NCBI GenBank assembly: GCA_000388065.2
Contig: KB932214.1
From: Fonticula alba ATCC 38817
Taxonomy: Eukaryota > Protista > Nucleariida
Direction: 5' to 3' (one strand)
DNA length: 52,725 nt
The position numbers were made by a program, and so were the translations under genes. Each line of letters starts with the position of its first letter. Within the stretch, counting starts at the first letter, position 1. A model generated the notes under the pieces. It worked only from the letters and a program-made list of their open reading frames with translations. It searched no databases and was not told the DNA's origin. This document shows, piece after piece, positions 34,361 to 46,502 of the stretch.

Positions 34361-36777
34361 GCGGGTTCCTTCGGCCTGGCGGGCCCGCGCCCCTGGCGGC
34401 CCGGCCAGCCGGTGGTGCAAAAGGGGATTTACACCTGGCCCCATCGGCGCGCGTCCGGCAAGTGGCTGTGTTTGGGCGCGGGGCCGGCTCCGGTGGAAGT
34501 ACACAGCGCCGGAAGAGGCCCGCGCGTGAGGCGGAAGGCTTGACAACGCTATTTGGGTCTCTTTTGCGGGCCCTTCGTGCTTCGACCCGGGCGGCGTGGT
34601 GTGCGCGCCCCCTTCGCCCGGCGCAGGAGCCGGGGCGAGGGCAGTATGCTTGTGTGGCATGGGCTTGGTGTCTTGGGGGGTCTTCAACAGAACTGTTTGT
34701 CGGGAGCCCAGACTCCCCGCCGTGAAGGGAGGTCCACACACACACACACACACATACACGGGGCGCGCGCATACTTATTCCCCCCGCCGGGGGGGGTGCA
34801 AAGGGTCCGCGGGCACATGTGAATGCAGCCGCCAAGGGCCGGGGGTGGGAAGCATGCACAGCGGCATGCCAGATCACCCCTGCCCCGTCCCCCGGTCCCG
34901 GCCTCGAGACCGGGGGCGGTATGTGTACGCCTGCGCGGGAGGAAGGCGCCCACGGGTCGTCATCATTTGGTCCCCGGACACGGATGAGTGAGCGCCGGGC
35001 CACGGAATAATGACCGTATGCCCTCCCCGTCAAGGTTGGGGCGGGGGAGCGGAGGGAGAGAGAGAGAGAGAGACAGAGACAGGCCGCGGGCTCCCAAGCT
35101 CAAGGTCCGGCGACGCTGGCCCACGATGGCTGGCACTGACCGCTCCAACATGGAGGGGGTTTGTTTCAATCGGGCCGGTTCGCCCGCGCAGTGCGTCGAG
35201 GTCGCTCCCATTTCCGGCCCACCCGGCTTGCTCCCGGGCAAAAGAGATGCCCCGAAAGTGGAGAACACACGGGCCGGGCCGGCTCCGCCCTCCTTAATCA
35301 ATCCCCTCCCCCCCCCCTCAAGGGCGGGGCGACGCCGGTGCCCGACGCCCGGCACACCCTGGCATTCCCTCGATCACCCCGCAGGCTCTCTTGGAGCCGA
35401 TATCCGGGCGGAGCCGACAACCTCTCACACAGCGGCGCCAGCACATGCCTGGCGCCTGGCCGTCTAGCGGCAATGTCATGTCTGGCAAGCTGTCAACCCT
35501 CTCCCCCCCNNNNNNNNNNNNNNNNNNNNNNNNNNNNNNNNNNNNNNNNNNNNNNNNNNNNNNNNNNNNNNNNNNNNNNNNNNNNNNNNNNNNNNNNNNN
35601 NNNNNNNNNNNNNNTCGCCGACCTCTCCACTCGACGACTGCCGATGGTCTATACCCCCTCTCCCCCCGCGCAAGGGCACTCCCAAACGCGCGCATGCCCG
35701 AGGGCCTTTCCCCCCTGAGGGATTAATTTACGAACCATGGCCGCCATCGGCCGAGGGGATTGGAACGCCGGGCGGGGGGGACGCGGCACGCACACAGGGC
35801 CGATGGCCTGTCCCTGCCCCTCGGCCGAGGCCGCTGGTCTTCACACCTGCGCGGCCCGGGCCGAGGATGCTCCCGGCTTATAGCGTGCCCTCGGCCGCGC
35901 AAGTCCGGCCGGGGGGCCCCGGGCAGCGAACTGGACGCCGTCTGGCGGCCGCCCCGCCCCCTGGGGTGACATCCGCGCTCCGGAAATTGGTCGGGACCTG
36001 CTGATGGACCCCGCGAACGAGGGCGAGAGAACCAACACAGGGGGGAAACGAGAATGGGCAAGCAGGCGGGCGGCCGCGGCAAAATATGGCGGTCTGGAGG
36101 GGGCCCGCCCTGCGCGGAATGAGGCTTTACCTCTCGGGCCCATCCCGCTCTCTGCCCCCCCTGGCCGAACCCAATTCCTCACTCCCGCCTCGCGGACCCA
36201 GTGTCGGGCCCGGGGGGGGGGGGGGACGGGCAAGACCGGGGCGGCCGCACAGCCCCGCATACCTTCTCATTCCCCATTCCACACTGTCCCGTTGGCAGGC
36301 CCCTGGAATCCGACGAGACGTAAATCGAATACCCGAAAAGCAATTATCGCTCCGAGATGCCGGCGCAGGGGCTGCATTTTCGCCTCGCGCGCAACTAGAT
36401 CGACGGCACTCCACAGAGTCCCCCCCGCCGCCGGAGGCCGACCCAGGGGGTGGGGGGGGGGGAGAGCCTTGGGAGGAGTGATGGGCTGGCTTTGCTGCCG
36501 GCCCAGCCCCTCCCCGGTTATGGGGCGGCGATGTATCGGCATGTGTTGTTGTGTGTATGTGTTGTGTATATGGTACAGGGTGAAAAAGGGTACAAGGAAG
36601 AGCCGTTGAGGCCGGGGGGGGGGGGTATGCGCTCGCGCACCAGGCGGGGGCAGCACAGGGTGGGGTGGGGGCCAGCAGCTGTCTCGGAGGAAGCCGCGCG
36701 GGGGATCGCACAGAATGTCGTGCGCACCCCCCGCCGAAGGCGAGCTCTATCGGACAGCGTGTGCTGAGGGGGGGGGG

Positions 36778-36809
<32 letters not shown>

Positions 36810-37322
36810 TGGTGTGGAGGGAAGCAACCAGGGTGTGTGGAGGGGGGGGGGAGAGAGAGAGAGAGAGAGGAGGGAGGAGAAGGGGGCCGAAAGCCGGTCG
36901 ATACGTCAACGCATCGCATTTTTTTTCCGCGCGCGTATGCGCGTGAAGCAGCCCATGGCAGGATAGAATGGTAGATGGGTTTGGTGCGCAGGAGCACACG
37001 GGCGCGCGTGGCGATATCTTGGGACTCGACGATGTTGCTGCTCACCGGAAAGGTGGCTTGTCTCTCGGCCTCTCTCGCTCTCGATCTCGCTCTCGGCAGC
37101 AGGCCCACGACAGCCCCATTCTTCATGCTTTAGCCTTACACGCGCTCACACGCGGGGCTTTGCGCGAGTGAGTGTGTGAAAAGGGGAAGGAGATGGGGGC
37201 GCAGCAGTAGTCCCGTAGCCGAGATGTCTGAACTGGGGGAGGGGGCAGCGAGAAGAGAGGGAATACGACCCCCGACGACAAAGGAGCAAGGACATAATCG
37301 CCAGGATGCGATTTTGGGGCAT

Positions 37323-39780
37323 TCACTCGTCACCGCCGTCGGAGTCGGTCGGCGCGGCGGCCACAGCCTCGGCCGTGCTGTCACCAAAGCCACCATGGTG
37401 GCCGGCATCATCATCGAAGCCGCCATGGTAGAAGCCAGCGCCATCGACGTCATCATCAGCACCACCGAGGGCCCCGACGAGGCCGACATCATCGTCGACC
37501 GGGTGACCGCCAAAGTCCCCGAACACGGCGCCGGCCTCCTCATCGTCACCGATGCCACCATGGTGAGGGTGGAAAGACTGCCCGTCGACGCCGGCAGCAA
37601 CAGCAGCAGCATCATCGGCATCCTCGTCGGCATCCTCATCGGTGACCGCCTCGTTGTGCTGAAGAAGCTGCGCGTCATCATCGGCCGCATTGTCTTCCTC
37701 CTCCTCCTCCTCCTCCTCGAGGTCCTCCTCGGCGTCCAGCTCCTCGAGCTCTTCGTCCTCCTCGCCGCCACTGTAAAGGGGCTCGTCGCCGGCGGCGGCG
37801 GCGGTGGCTGGGGCAGCCTCAGCGGAGTGGCGATGGCGGTGGGAGGCATCGTGGGAGTGCTCGGCGTCGGCGCCATCCTCCTCCTCTTCCTCCTCGTAGT
37901 ACTCGTCATCGTCGCCGGTAGCGGCGCCGGCGGCACCGTCCTCATCGAGGAGCTCCGCATCGTCGCCATCGTCCTCGACTTGGTCGTCATCAAGGTCCTG
38001 GTCCTCGTCAAGGTCCTGGTCCTCGTCAAGGTCCTGGTCCTCTTCCTCCTCGGCCATGGCATCATCGTCGTCATCCTCTTCCTCCTCGGCCACGGCGTCG
38101 TCGTCGTCCTCCTCCTCCTCCTCCTCTTCGGCATTCTCAAGGTGGTGGTGGCGGTGACGATGATGCGAGTGATGACTGGCGGCCTCGTCGGCCTCCTCCT
38201 CATCGAGGTCCTCCTCATCGAGGTCCTCGTCCAGGAGCTCGGCATCCTCGTCGCCATCCTCCTCGCCATTGTCGTCCTGCTCGAGGGCGTCATCATCGTC
38301 CTCCTCGCCGGCGCCTTCGCCATCGACGTCGTCCTCCTCCTCGCCATCGTCATCGTCATCCACATACATGTGGTCGCCGTCGCCGTCGCCGTGGTGGTGG
38401 TGGTGGTGGTGGCCGTGAGGGTAGTGGCCATCGCCAGGCATGGTGGCATACTCATCGAGGCCATCGTCCTCCTCCTCCTCATCATCCTCCTCATCGCCTT
38501 CCTCTTCCTCCTCCTCGACTTCGTCCATCTCGAGGATGTCCTCCGGGAAGTCCAGAAGATCCACCTGGGGGATGTCCCCGACGAAGTACTTGTGTGCGCT
38601 GGGGAAGAGGTACTTGCCGAAGATCTTGAGCAGCCATTCGGAGGACTCGCGATCGTTCTTGGCGAAGATGTGGAAGAAGCCATCGGCGGTGTCGTCCTCC
38701 GGGGCACGGCGCTTCTGGCCGACCACGGCGGAGGCCGACTCGGCGGCCGCCTCGTCCGTCTGCTGGTCCTTGAAGTGAATGACCGAGGTGCTGATGGCCG
38801 GAACCTCGTCATCGTCCTCGGGATTGCTGTAGGACAGCTCCTTGACGAGCTCGGTGTTCTCGAAGAGCGGGTTGGGGCCGAAAGTCTGTCAAGGAGCAAG
38901 GGTGAGTGAGTCGGCGAGGGGGGGGNNNNNNNNNNNNNNNNNNNNNNNNNNNNNNNNNNNNNNNNNNNNNNNNNNNNNNNNNNNNNNNNNNNNNNNNNNN
39001 NNNNNNNNNNNNNNNNNNNNNNNNNNNNNNNNNNNNNNNNNNNNNNNNNNNNNNNNNNNNNNNNNNNNNNNNNNNNNNNNNNNNNNNNNNNNNNNNNNNN
39101 NNNNNNNNNNNNNNNNNNNNNNNNNNNNNNNNNNNNNNNNNNNNNNNNNNNNNNNNNNNNNNNNNNNNNNNNNNNNNNNNNNNNNNNNNNNNNNNNNNNN
39201 NNNNNNNNNNNNNNNNNNNNNNNNNNNNNNNNNNNNNNNNNNNNNNNNNNNNNNNNNNNNNNNNNNNNNNGTGTGTGTGTGTGTGTGTGTGTACGCACCA
39301 GGGTAAGCTTGGTCGAGCGGACAGTCGAGTTCTCGCCCTCGATTTGGGTGTAGTTGACATCGAGGAGCTCGGTGAGGGCGAGCTGATCGGCCGAGGTGAT
39401 GTAGCGGCGAAGTGCCGGGTGCTGGAGGACCTGTGGCAGGCATGCCGATGGGGGCAAACGGGCGGGCAAGCGAAGAGGGGGGGTCATCAGCGGAGGCGCG
39501 AGCGCAGGCATGAGGGGGCGGAGAGGGGGTGGGGGGGAGGGGGACAGGGAGCTTGGGATGGCAGGGCCGAGAATGAGACACGCACCACCAGAGACCAGAA
39601 ATGGGGGATGTTGCGGATGAGCGACGAGCGCTCCTTGTAGAGGGGGGCCTTCTTGGCGACGAACTCAAAAGCCACCTTGGTCACCAGGCGGTTCATTTCC
39701 TTGTTCATGGCATCATCAATGCGATCCAGAGCCTCCATGTTCTCCTCAAGCTGCTTGAGGTACTCGGCATCGGCCTCAGA
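37323..39780 (-). CDS. Nucleosome assembly protein family histone chaperone (SET/TSPY/Vps75-like) with very long acidic tail; 5' end probably in gap
   Basis: Phase-0 exons (minus) 39586-39780, 39299-39430, 37323-38885 encode at least 629 aa. Motifs include KKAPLYKERSSLIRNIPHFWSLV, VLQHPAL, TFGPNPLFENTELVKEL, GFFHIF and YLFPSAHKYF, which fit the NAP fold. The start codon was not found and is probably in N-gap 39883-40239. Confidence 0.85.
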
Positions 39781-42700
39781 CTGGGCACCGCGAGAACCGT
39801 GAAGGGAGGTGGGGAGGAGGAACGAAGTCAGCGAATGACCCACTGTGGAGCGGTGGGGAGGGGGGAGAGGGAGAGAGAGGGGNNNNNNNNNNNNNNNNNN
39901 NNNNNNNNNNNNNNNNNNNNNNNNNNNNNNNNNNNNNNNNNNNNNNNNNNNNNNNNNNNNNNNNNNNNNNNNNNNNNNNNNNNNNNNNNNNNNNNNNNNN
40001 NNNNNNNNNNNNNNNNNNNNNNNNNNNNNNNNNNNNNNNNNNNNNNNNNNNNNNNNNNNNNNNNNNNNNNNNNNNNNNNNNNNNNNNNNNNNNNNNNNNN
40101 NNNNNNNNNNNNNNNNNNNNNNNNNNNNNNNNNNNNNNNNNNNNNNNNNNNNNNNNNNNNNNNNNNNNNNNNNNNNNNNNNNNNNNNNNNNNNNNNNNNN
40201 NNNNNNNNNNNNNNNNNNNNNNNNNNNNNNNNNNNNNNNACGCCTCCGGCCGCCAACATCGCCCGGCCTTTGTGGCGCCGGCGCGTGCCCTGCACACCGA
40301 GGCGCGGCCGTGCTGGCTTATCTCCGAGGGTCCCCCGAAGCGCCGGAGCGCGCCCCCGCAAGCCCGATAAAAGCGCGGGACTCGGCGCTGTGTGCGGGGG
40401 AGCATGCGCGCGCGAACAGGGGCCAGAAAACCGCCCTTTCGCGGGCGGGCCCGGGGGATCCCGGCCCTGGGCGCGGGCCGGCTTCTTCGCCGGCGCGCAC
40501 GCACGCCACGCAGGGTGGGACTCTGTACGCGCACCTCCAGGGGGGGGGGGGGGCGGAGCGAGGCGGGGGTTTCTTCGACCAAGAGAACCCTCGGCCGCGG
40601 CCGCAATGGGACAGACACAGGCGGGCGGATCGCTCCCGGCCCCGGGGGCTCAGCAGCGAGCCGAGGGTCGGTGGGGAAGACCTTGGCACGAGTTCGGCCA
40701 TTCTGAATGCGCCCTCCGCGCGCGCGCGCGCGCGCGCGCGCACGCGCGCAAGTGCACGAATGTGCTGGGGTAGGCCGCGTGCGACGGAACGCGCTGCCTG
40801 CGGGAGTGTGGGCGGGCGTCCGCGTGCGCCGGCGCGTCTAGCCCAGGGCATCTGTCAGCGGGGGCCCGAACGGGGCCGTGAGGCGCAGGGGCGCCGAGCT
40901 GGGCGTCGGCCCATGACCCGGCAGAGCGCGGGCAAGCGGTGGCCTGCCCCGCCGCCCGCGGCGCGGCCACCGCGCCGGCTCTGGTCGTGGTGCCCTGGTG
41001 CCGACAACACCCCATTCGGGCGCGCCGGGCCCGGCGGTGTGCCCCCCCCCCCCCGGCAAGGTGAACCTCACGCCCTGCCAGCCCTGCATGCGGAAATCCG
41101 TGTGCCGCGCCTGAGGGGGGGGGGATCCAGAGTACAACCCCTCGCGGGGGAGGGATGTTGTTGTTGTGGTTCGGGCCTCGGGCGTGCGACACGGGCTTGC
41201 CCCCCCGCCCCCCGCCGCCGCGCGGCCCGAGTAGAGGCGGTCGTCGACCGGCGCCCCGAACGCGGCCCGGCGCCACCTGCGGCAGGGCCCTCTCGCCAAA
41301 TGGTCCCGGGCCTCGAGCGGGCAGGGCCAGGCCCTCGTCCAGGCAGCGGGAGGGAGGGCCCGAAAGGCAGCCGTGCCGGAGGGGAGACGCGGGCCCAGAT
41401 TAAGCGCCCTCGGTCCGAGGCCCGCCAGGAAGCGGGGGGAACAGTCCCCCCCCCCCCTCCCCCGTACTCGCTCGCAGCTATCGGGGGGCACGCAGGCAGC
41501 ATGTCACTTGCGCCCAGGCAAGGGAGGCGGGGGGGGACAGGTTCGCACGTTGCTCGAACATTCACCGGAAGGCTCCCCGGCCACATGTGCCGCGCACCGG
41601 AGGCCGGGGGGAAGTGTGTGCGCCTTGCCTGGGTCCGCGGGTGAGGGATGGACGGGGGGGGGTCTCTGCGGGGGCGGCGGTGTTTTAGGAATATCACCAA
41701 TATAATGCCGGTTTTTTCCGGAGTATCTCTCCCTTCCCTGGTGGGGCGGGGTGCCGCCACCAATGGACATTGGCCGCGAGAGATAGACCTTCGCACTGGG
41801 GGGGGGGGGGGCGAGTGCGGGTGCGGGCGAAAGAGCCCCTCCGACAAGGGCCCGACGGGGCGGGGGGCGGCGGCCGGCGGATGCACTTAACAGCACGCCC
41901 CGGCTCTTGGAGGCTCCCAAAGTGAGGGGGCCCTCCTGGCGGTGAGTGTCCCCGGGTGCGCGCAAGTTCGTCCAACGATTTTCTCTTGCCACCTGCCGCG
42001 CAACGTTCCGGCCTCCTGGGAGGGGGCAGGGGGCAGTTTTTGTTCTCCCCCCACTGGGGCAGGACGAGGGACCTCCGGGGGGGGGGGGGGGGATCACCGC
42101 CGTGGGCCATGGGCCGACGGTGGGATTCGACCGGGAGGCTTCCTTTGCCGCGGCCCGCCCCCGGTCGAGCTGCGGGCACGGGAACATGCACGCTCGGGCG
42201 CCTTTTTATTCCGCCCAGGCGTTTGCCCCCGGGGCTTGCGAGAGGCCCCGGGGCCACGGTGTCTCGGCCCGAGGAGGGGGAAGGCAGGAGGGCCGGGGGG
42301 GGGGGGATGCCGCGCGTCCGACCACCGCGCTAATTAAAGTCTCACCCCCGGCCGAGGTGGATGCCGGGTTGCATCCTCCCTCTGGGGCTCAGCGGAGGAG
42401 GAGGAGGAGGCGGCGGGGCGCGGTGGCCGCGGGAGTGCCGGCGGCTCCGGTACAATTGGCCGTGTCGTCCCCGTTCCTTCGCGCCCCCCCCCCCNNNNNN
42501 NNNNNNNNNNNNNNNNNNNNNNNNNNNNNNNNNNNNNNNNNNNNNNNNNNNNNNNNNNNNNNNNNNNNNNNNNNNNNNNNNNNNNNNNNNNNNNNNNNNN
42601 NNNNNNNNNNNNNNNNNNNNNNNNNNNNNNNNNNNNNNNNNNNNNNNNNNNNNNNNNNNNNNNNNNNNNNNNNNNNNNNNNNNNNNNNNGCCTCTCCCCC

Positions 42701-43328
42701 GCGCCCCCCGTGGGCGTCGCCCGATATCCCCCGCCCCGGTTCTCGTGAGCCGCACATGCGTTTGCGGGTTCCTGCCCGCCCCTCGGGGGACCATGGCTTG
42801 TCTCTGCCGGGGGCAGGGCCTCTTCGGTGACGAGGGCTGCCCCTTCGGATGAGCGGGGGGGGGGGGCGACCGGGGAGAGGGCCCGGGCAGCGTACCCCCC
42901 CCCCCCCCTGCTGCCCCGTTCTGCGCGTCCGAAGCTGGAGAGCCCACCCTGCCGCTGGCCGGGCCTGGGCGGCGGGAGCCGGTCGGCGCGTGCCATATAC
43001 CTCGCCCGCCGGGCGTGCATATACGGGGGCGGCCTGCCCCCGGCTCTGGGCCCGCCCCCGCCGGCACACGTGTCGTCACACGCCCGGCTTCGGACCGTCC
43101 CGCGTTTGGGAAGACCTTGGGCGAGCCGCCCACGCTGTTCCTGATCAAGCAACGGGCCCTGTGACCCAAGTGTGCGGCGGTTTCAGCCATCAACGTGGCA
43201 CGCCAGAGCCGGAGCCCGGTGGGCGAGGGACTCCCAGCCACGACCTGGGGACCCGTGGCCGGGGCGCGCACGGGGCGGGGGGCGACGGGGGGCGTGGGTG
43301 TCTGCAGGGCGGGGGGCATTGGGGGTGG

Positions 43329-43362
<34 letters not shown>

Positions 43363-44865
43363 GGGTGGTTTGTGCATCATCAGGAGCCCGCAGGTTCCTG
43401 CCCGCGCACGGCACCGGGCCTTGCGCCGCACATGTGGCCCATATTCCAGGTGTGGAGGGGGATTGCGAACCGCGGGGAGGAGAGCCGCCTGGAGGCTTCC
43501 ACACCTTGGCTGGCGACCTGGCCGAGGGCGGGTGAGACATCGGGCCCATGTCGCCCTGTGCCGGCCGACAGAAAAGCGCGCGAGCGCGGGTGTGGTCGGC
43601 CCTCCGGCGGTGCCCGGAGCCCGAGCGGTGGACCAAGCTCGCTCCGTGGCCACATGCTGCCGCCTTGCGCCGCCCGGTCGTTGGCTTTCGGGTCAACGCC
43701 CTTCGGCTGAGCGAGCGAGCGAGCGAGCGAACCAGCGAGCTTGGCCCCTGGAGCAGGCGGCGTGGTGAGCCGGCGAGGGGGCGGGGCGGTGGGGGGGGGG
43801 GGGGGGGCTCATGCCTTCGCGCGCCAAAGTGCGGGAGAGGCCTCTTTTTCCCGCGCTTCTCCATTCGGCTGGTGGAGAGGCGCGCACCCGAGCATCTCTC
43901 GGGGGGCTTCGGGCATGTCGGCGGCCCTCCCCTCCCTTTGGGCCCAGGGAGCTGCCGCTGTGGCATTTGTTCCGCGGGCATTCTTCGGGGCACCGGCGCC
44001 GCCTGTCCGGCGGTGTGCCGACCTCTCTCTCTCTCTGGGTGCCCTTGGGCTCCGTCAGTCCTGCCGTTCCGGCGGCGGGGGCTCCTGTTTCGGGCCCTCC
44101 CCCTGGCCCGGGCGCACTCGGCCAGAGGGGGGGGGGACTCGACGCGGGCGCCTTTTTGAAAAGCGCCTGATCAGTCAAAGACAAGGGTGGGCAGGTCTCC
44201 GGGGAGAGGAACGTGTCCCACTGTTCCCGCTGGCCCTGCTTCGGAGGGCGGCATTCTTCCCCACCGCCGCTTTTTCTGGGGGCATGACCGGCGCCACCTG
44301 GTTGCCCCCCCCCCCCCCCCCCGGCCCCCCCGCACCAATGTGCATCGTCCTGCTGACTGGCATATGCCTTGCTTTCCGGCCGAAAGGGGCGACCCGCCCA
44401 GGTTGGTGTGAAGGGAGCCAGTGTTCCCGTTGTCCCCCGCCCCCGCCCCCCTCGATGTCCTGCGATAGTGCGCCCGTTGGTGCGTGTGTGTGTGTGGGGG
44501 GGGGGGGGGCCGGAGCCGGGCCCTTCCTTGCCCGCTTTGTCCCGCCAGGCCGCGAAGGCGGGTCTATTTGCGTGTCCGAGCACCACGGGTCCTCCTGAAC
44601 ATATGACAAGAACCTACGGCAGGCGCGGGATTCTAAATGCGGCGCATGATCCGATGAAATACGGTGATCCGGCCTCTGCCAGTCGGGGCAACGGCCCCTC
44701 CGGGGGATGTTCCCCCCGGGGGGCGGGGGGCACGCGAATGGAGGCCAAATGTGAGGCCCTCTGTGTTGGGATGGGCAAGACCCAAGGGGCGGGGCTCGGA
44801 GCATGCTCGGCGGGGCGCCCGGCCCCCGGAGGAGGCCCGAGTAGGTTGACACCAGGGAGACAGCG

Positions 44866-44870
44866 AGAGC

Positions 44871-44920
<50 letters not shown>
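44866..44920. repeat. (GA)n microsatellite upstream of PDCD5
   Basis: A nearly uninterrupted gagaga run. Confidence 0.9.
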
Positions 44921-44925
<5 letters not shown>

Positions 44926-45080
44926 CTTCATCGAGGGGAGGGACGATCTGCATCGTCGGTGCTTGCTTTTCGGCCGGCGCAAGGGCAAAGGGGCCCGGCA
45001 GCCCCAGGCAGATCCCCTTCTCCTTCTTCCACTCTATCTGTCCCCCCCCCCCTTACTCCCCTTTCTGTTTGCCAATCACC

Positions 45081-45867
45081 ATGGACGACCTCTCCAACCT
45101 CCCTGCCGGCCTGTCTGCCCAGCCCCCCGGCGGCGACGGCGGCGACGCCGAGAGCAAGGCCCGTCTCAAGGCCCAGGAGGATGCCCGCCTGGAGATGATT
45201 CACCAGATCCTGACTCCGGATGCCCGGGAGCGCCGTACGTGCCCCTTCTTTCCCGCCCCCTCCTCCTCCCCCCCCTCCCTCCCTTCCCCTCTCTCTTCTT
45301 CACACACCCATGTGCCCGATCCATGGCCCTCCTGCGTGGGCCGGCCTCCACGCATGTGGGACGGGCGCCGTGGGAGGAGCGGGGCAAGGGGCTGAGGGGC
45401 AGCTGGGCCATGCACTCGCCCAGATGTGGGCATGTGTCTCTTTCCCTTTCCGGGCCATACACTAACCGGCGACCGTCGCGCCTCGCTTTGTACCCAGTCA
45501 ACCGCATTGCCGTCGTGCGCCCGGACAAGGCGCGTGGTGTGGAGGACCTGCTGGTCAAGATGGCCCAGTCCGGGCGTCTTGGTGGTCGGGTGTCTGAGCA
45601 GCAGCTGGTTGGCATGCTGGAGCAGATCAGCGAGCAGACTGGCTCCACTCGTGAGACCAAGATCAAGGTGCGTGGCCTGTACTCTCCTTCCTCCTCCCGC
45701 CCCCCCCCCCCCCCCCCCCCCCGCTTTGGCTCCATCGCAGCCAGGGCATACATGGCTGCTTTATGTCTCCCCTTTACTGATGATCCCCGTGTGGCGGGTG
45801 CCTGCAGTTCTCCCGTCGCGGTGACGATGACGATGACGATTGGGAGGCCGACCTCTTCAAGGACTGA
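45081..45867 (+). CDS. PDCD5: Programmed cell death protein 5 (dsDNA-binding domain), 3 exons, 127 aa
   Basis: Exons 45081-45234, 45498-45667, 45808-45867 give ...QEDARLEMIHQILTPDARERLNRIAVVRPDKARGVEDLLVKMAQSGRLGGRVSEQQLVGMLEQIS...KIKFSRRGDDDDDW. The ILTPDARERL..IA.V.P.KA pattern is characteristic. Confidence 0.93.
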
Positions 45868-46502
45868 GGGCGGATTTCCCGGCCGACCTGGGCGCAAGCG
45901 CGCACCGCTCCCCCGCCCGTGCCCCAGCCGTACTCCTTCTCCCCCGGGGGAGTAAACGCATCCTGGATGCGGGTCGCGATGCGGCCGGGCATATGGCCCA
46001 TTTCCGGATCCTCCCATGTGTGGGCAGCGGCTGCGGCGATGTCGATGCAGCGCCACTGGCGCCACATCATCCTCCAAGACAATATAAAGACGCAAAGCAA
46101 CACCAGGCACAAGGGGGGTGCACGGACGCAGGGCATACAGAGTGCCGCGACACAAGTGCCCCCCCCCCCCCCCCAGGCATGTGTCGGTTCTATTCGCCCC
46201 CCCACTCCCCCATGAACACCCACACACACCCACAGACACGCGGACGAAGTCACATCCGTTTATTTGGGAGGGGAGAGGTAGACGCGTATGCGCGCACTCG
46301 GAGAGGGGGGGGGGGGGGAGGGGGACAATTGGTCTTAGAGATGGCTTTCGCCCATCTCTCGCTGTGCTTGTTCCCAGCCCCCCTCTCGCGGAGAGCATGC
46401 ATCGGATTGCACACGGTCCTCCTCCCTCCCTCCCCGCGGTTGAGATGGGGGGGGGAAGGGGTGTGGGAGAGGAAAGAGCCAAGCGGCCAATGGGGGCAGC
46501 GC

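Noticed and set aside
36518-37126. ORF starting MKNGAVVGLLPR on the minus strand just downstream of NAP
   Set aside because: It has no recognisable homology and runs into microsatellites. It is more likely 3' UTR or intergenic sequence.
37176-38909. 577-aa hydrophobic, membrane-protein-looking ORF on the + strand
   Set aside because: It is the antisense of GAC/GAG (Asp/Glu) codons of the NAP tail, which read as GTC/CTC (Val/Leu). The T/R/M-rich 791-aa ORF is a shifted frame of the same gene.
41760-41773. Palindromic CCAAT-N4-ATTGG
   Set aside because: It is a single short occurrence more than 1.5 kb from any identified start, so it cannot be supported as regulatory.
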